Assembly (NCBI RefSeq): GCF_004010195.1 | Contig: NC_057726.1 | Coordinates: 48,344,175 to 48,408,174, forward strand | Direction: 5' to 3' | Length of the DNA stretch: 64,000 bases | Source: Chiloscyllium plagiosum | Lineage: Eukaryota | Part shown: positions 63,069-64,000 of the stretch, piece after piece | How positions within the stretch are numbered: the stretch's first letter is position 1 | Layout of the letters: the number at the start of each line of letters is the position of its first letter | Translations under genes and position numbers: made by a program | The notes under the pieces: model-generated | The model's input: the letters and a program-made list of their open reading frames with translations, nothing else | Database searches by the model: none | What the model was told of the DNA's origin: nothing

Positions 63069-64000
63069 TATAACAGACCTTTTCCTGCTTTTTACAGCCA
63101 TTTGAAAGATTCCCCAAAAGAAAAATTCCAATTTTGGACCAGAAGCACCCACTTCTTTAAATTGCCCAACACTTACCTGCTTGAAATAATGGTTCACAAT
63201 TCCCCTGGCTCTCTCCTAGATTTTAGAAGCTTTTCTCTTGACTCAGTTAGATTAGTAGCTTTTTTGAGTCGCGTTTTCTTCAATCTGTGTCCTATGGTAG
63301 CAATGCCCAAAATGAGCTGCGAGCATGGAAATAAGGTAGTTGCCACTTAATGGTAGGTTTCTGAAATTGACTTTCAAGGCTTGATGGAAAAAATCAAGAT
63401 CTTTTTTCTCTTTGTGAAGAAACTGATGTTTGCATTCTCAGCCTATTTTCCTACTTTTCTTGCCAAAATTCATGTCACAGCAGGGAGTAGAAAATGCAGC
63501 CATACCTTTCGACTCTCAAAACACATCCAGACTTATTTTATCTATAATATGTTGCAGACCACTTTACTTGCTCTCGCAGATTTGGCTTATATGTTTATTA
63601 GAACTTTTGAATTTTAAATAAAAATACATTTAAGAAAAAAACATGAACCAGTAGAATGATATTTTACTTTGTCAACAGCTGTTTAAGACGTCTGTCCCAC
63701 ATAAGGGAATCTGTAGGAGTGGAGGAACAGAAAATGATTCAACTTGTTTGGTCTTTGTTGGAAGATGTTCATTTTAGACTTAAAGAAGCAAAAATGCTTT
63801 AGCTTTATTACGTGTCAAGTTGGGCCTTAAGTTTCATTTGGACAATGACTCCAGTCATCATCCAGGCAAGCATTACTAAATTTGGGTCACAAATTGCTCA
63901 TAGTTTCTGAGGCAAATTGTGTTTCGTTTTTGTTTTATTCCAGAGATATACAAATAGAAATATTCATTAATACTGCAGTTCATGGAAGCTGCATTAATTA

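Noticed and set aside
1..64000. CRISPR arrays, operons or prokaryotic defence systems
   Set aside because: The sequence is vertebrate nuclear DNA, with no regularly spaced repeat-spacer array and no long intact ORFs.

Overview
AT-rich, repeat-dense vertebrate genomic DNA, almost certainly from an elasmobranch (shark). The basis is multiple HE1/V-SINE copies, many CR1 LINE fragments and Deu-domain SINEs. There is no intact, recognisable protein-coding gene. The informative ORFs in the supplied track are fragments of CR1, L2, RTE, Gypsy or Penelope-like elements, and the rest look like chance ORFs. A 500-N assembly gap lies at 17558-18057. The most notable items are: (1) about a dozen short Penelope-like insertions from at least five families, many of them fold-back palindromes with 12-15 bp target-site duplications and minimal hammerhead-ribozyme motifs, with a pristine copy at 59541-59826; (2) an apparently decayed, spliced, minus-strand coding gene of unknown family (about 1425-17557) whose reading frame is restored when a CR1 insertion is removed; (3) a perfect 78-bp duplication around a 48-bp SINE tail; (4) a solo-type LTR with a tRNA-Pro-like PBS; (5) repeat-free segments with PBX-HOX/MEIS motif grammar that are candidate conserved enhancers; (6) a few isolated candidate exons. 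Repeat boundaries were read by eye and are approximate unless a TSD is quoted.
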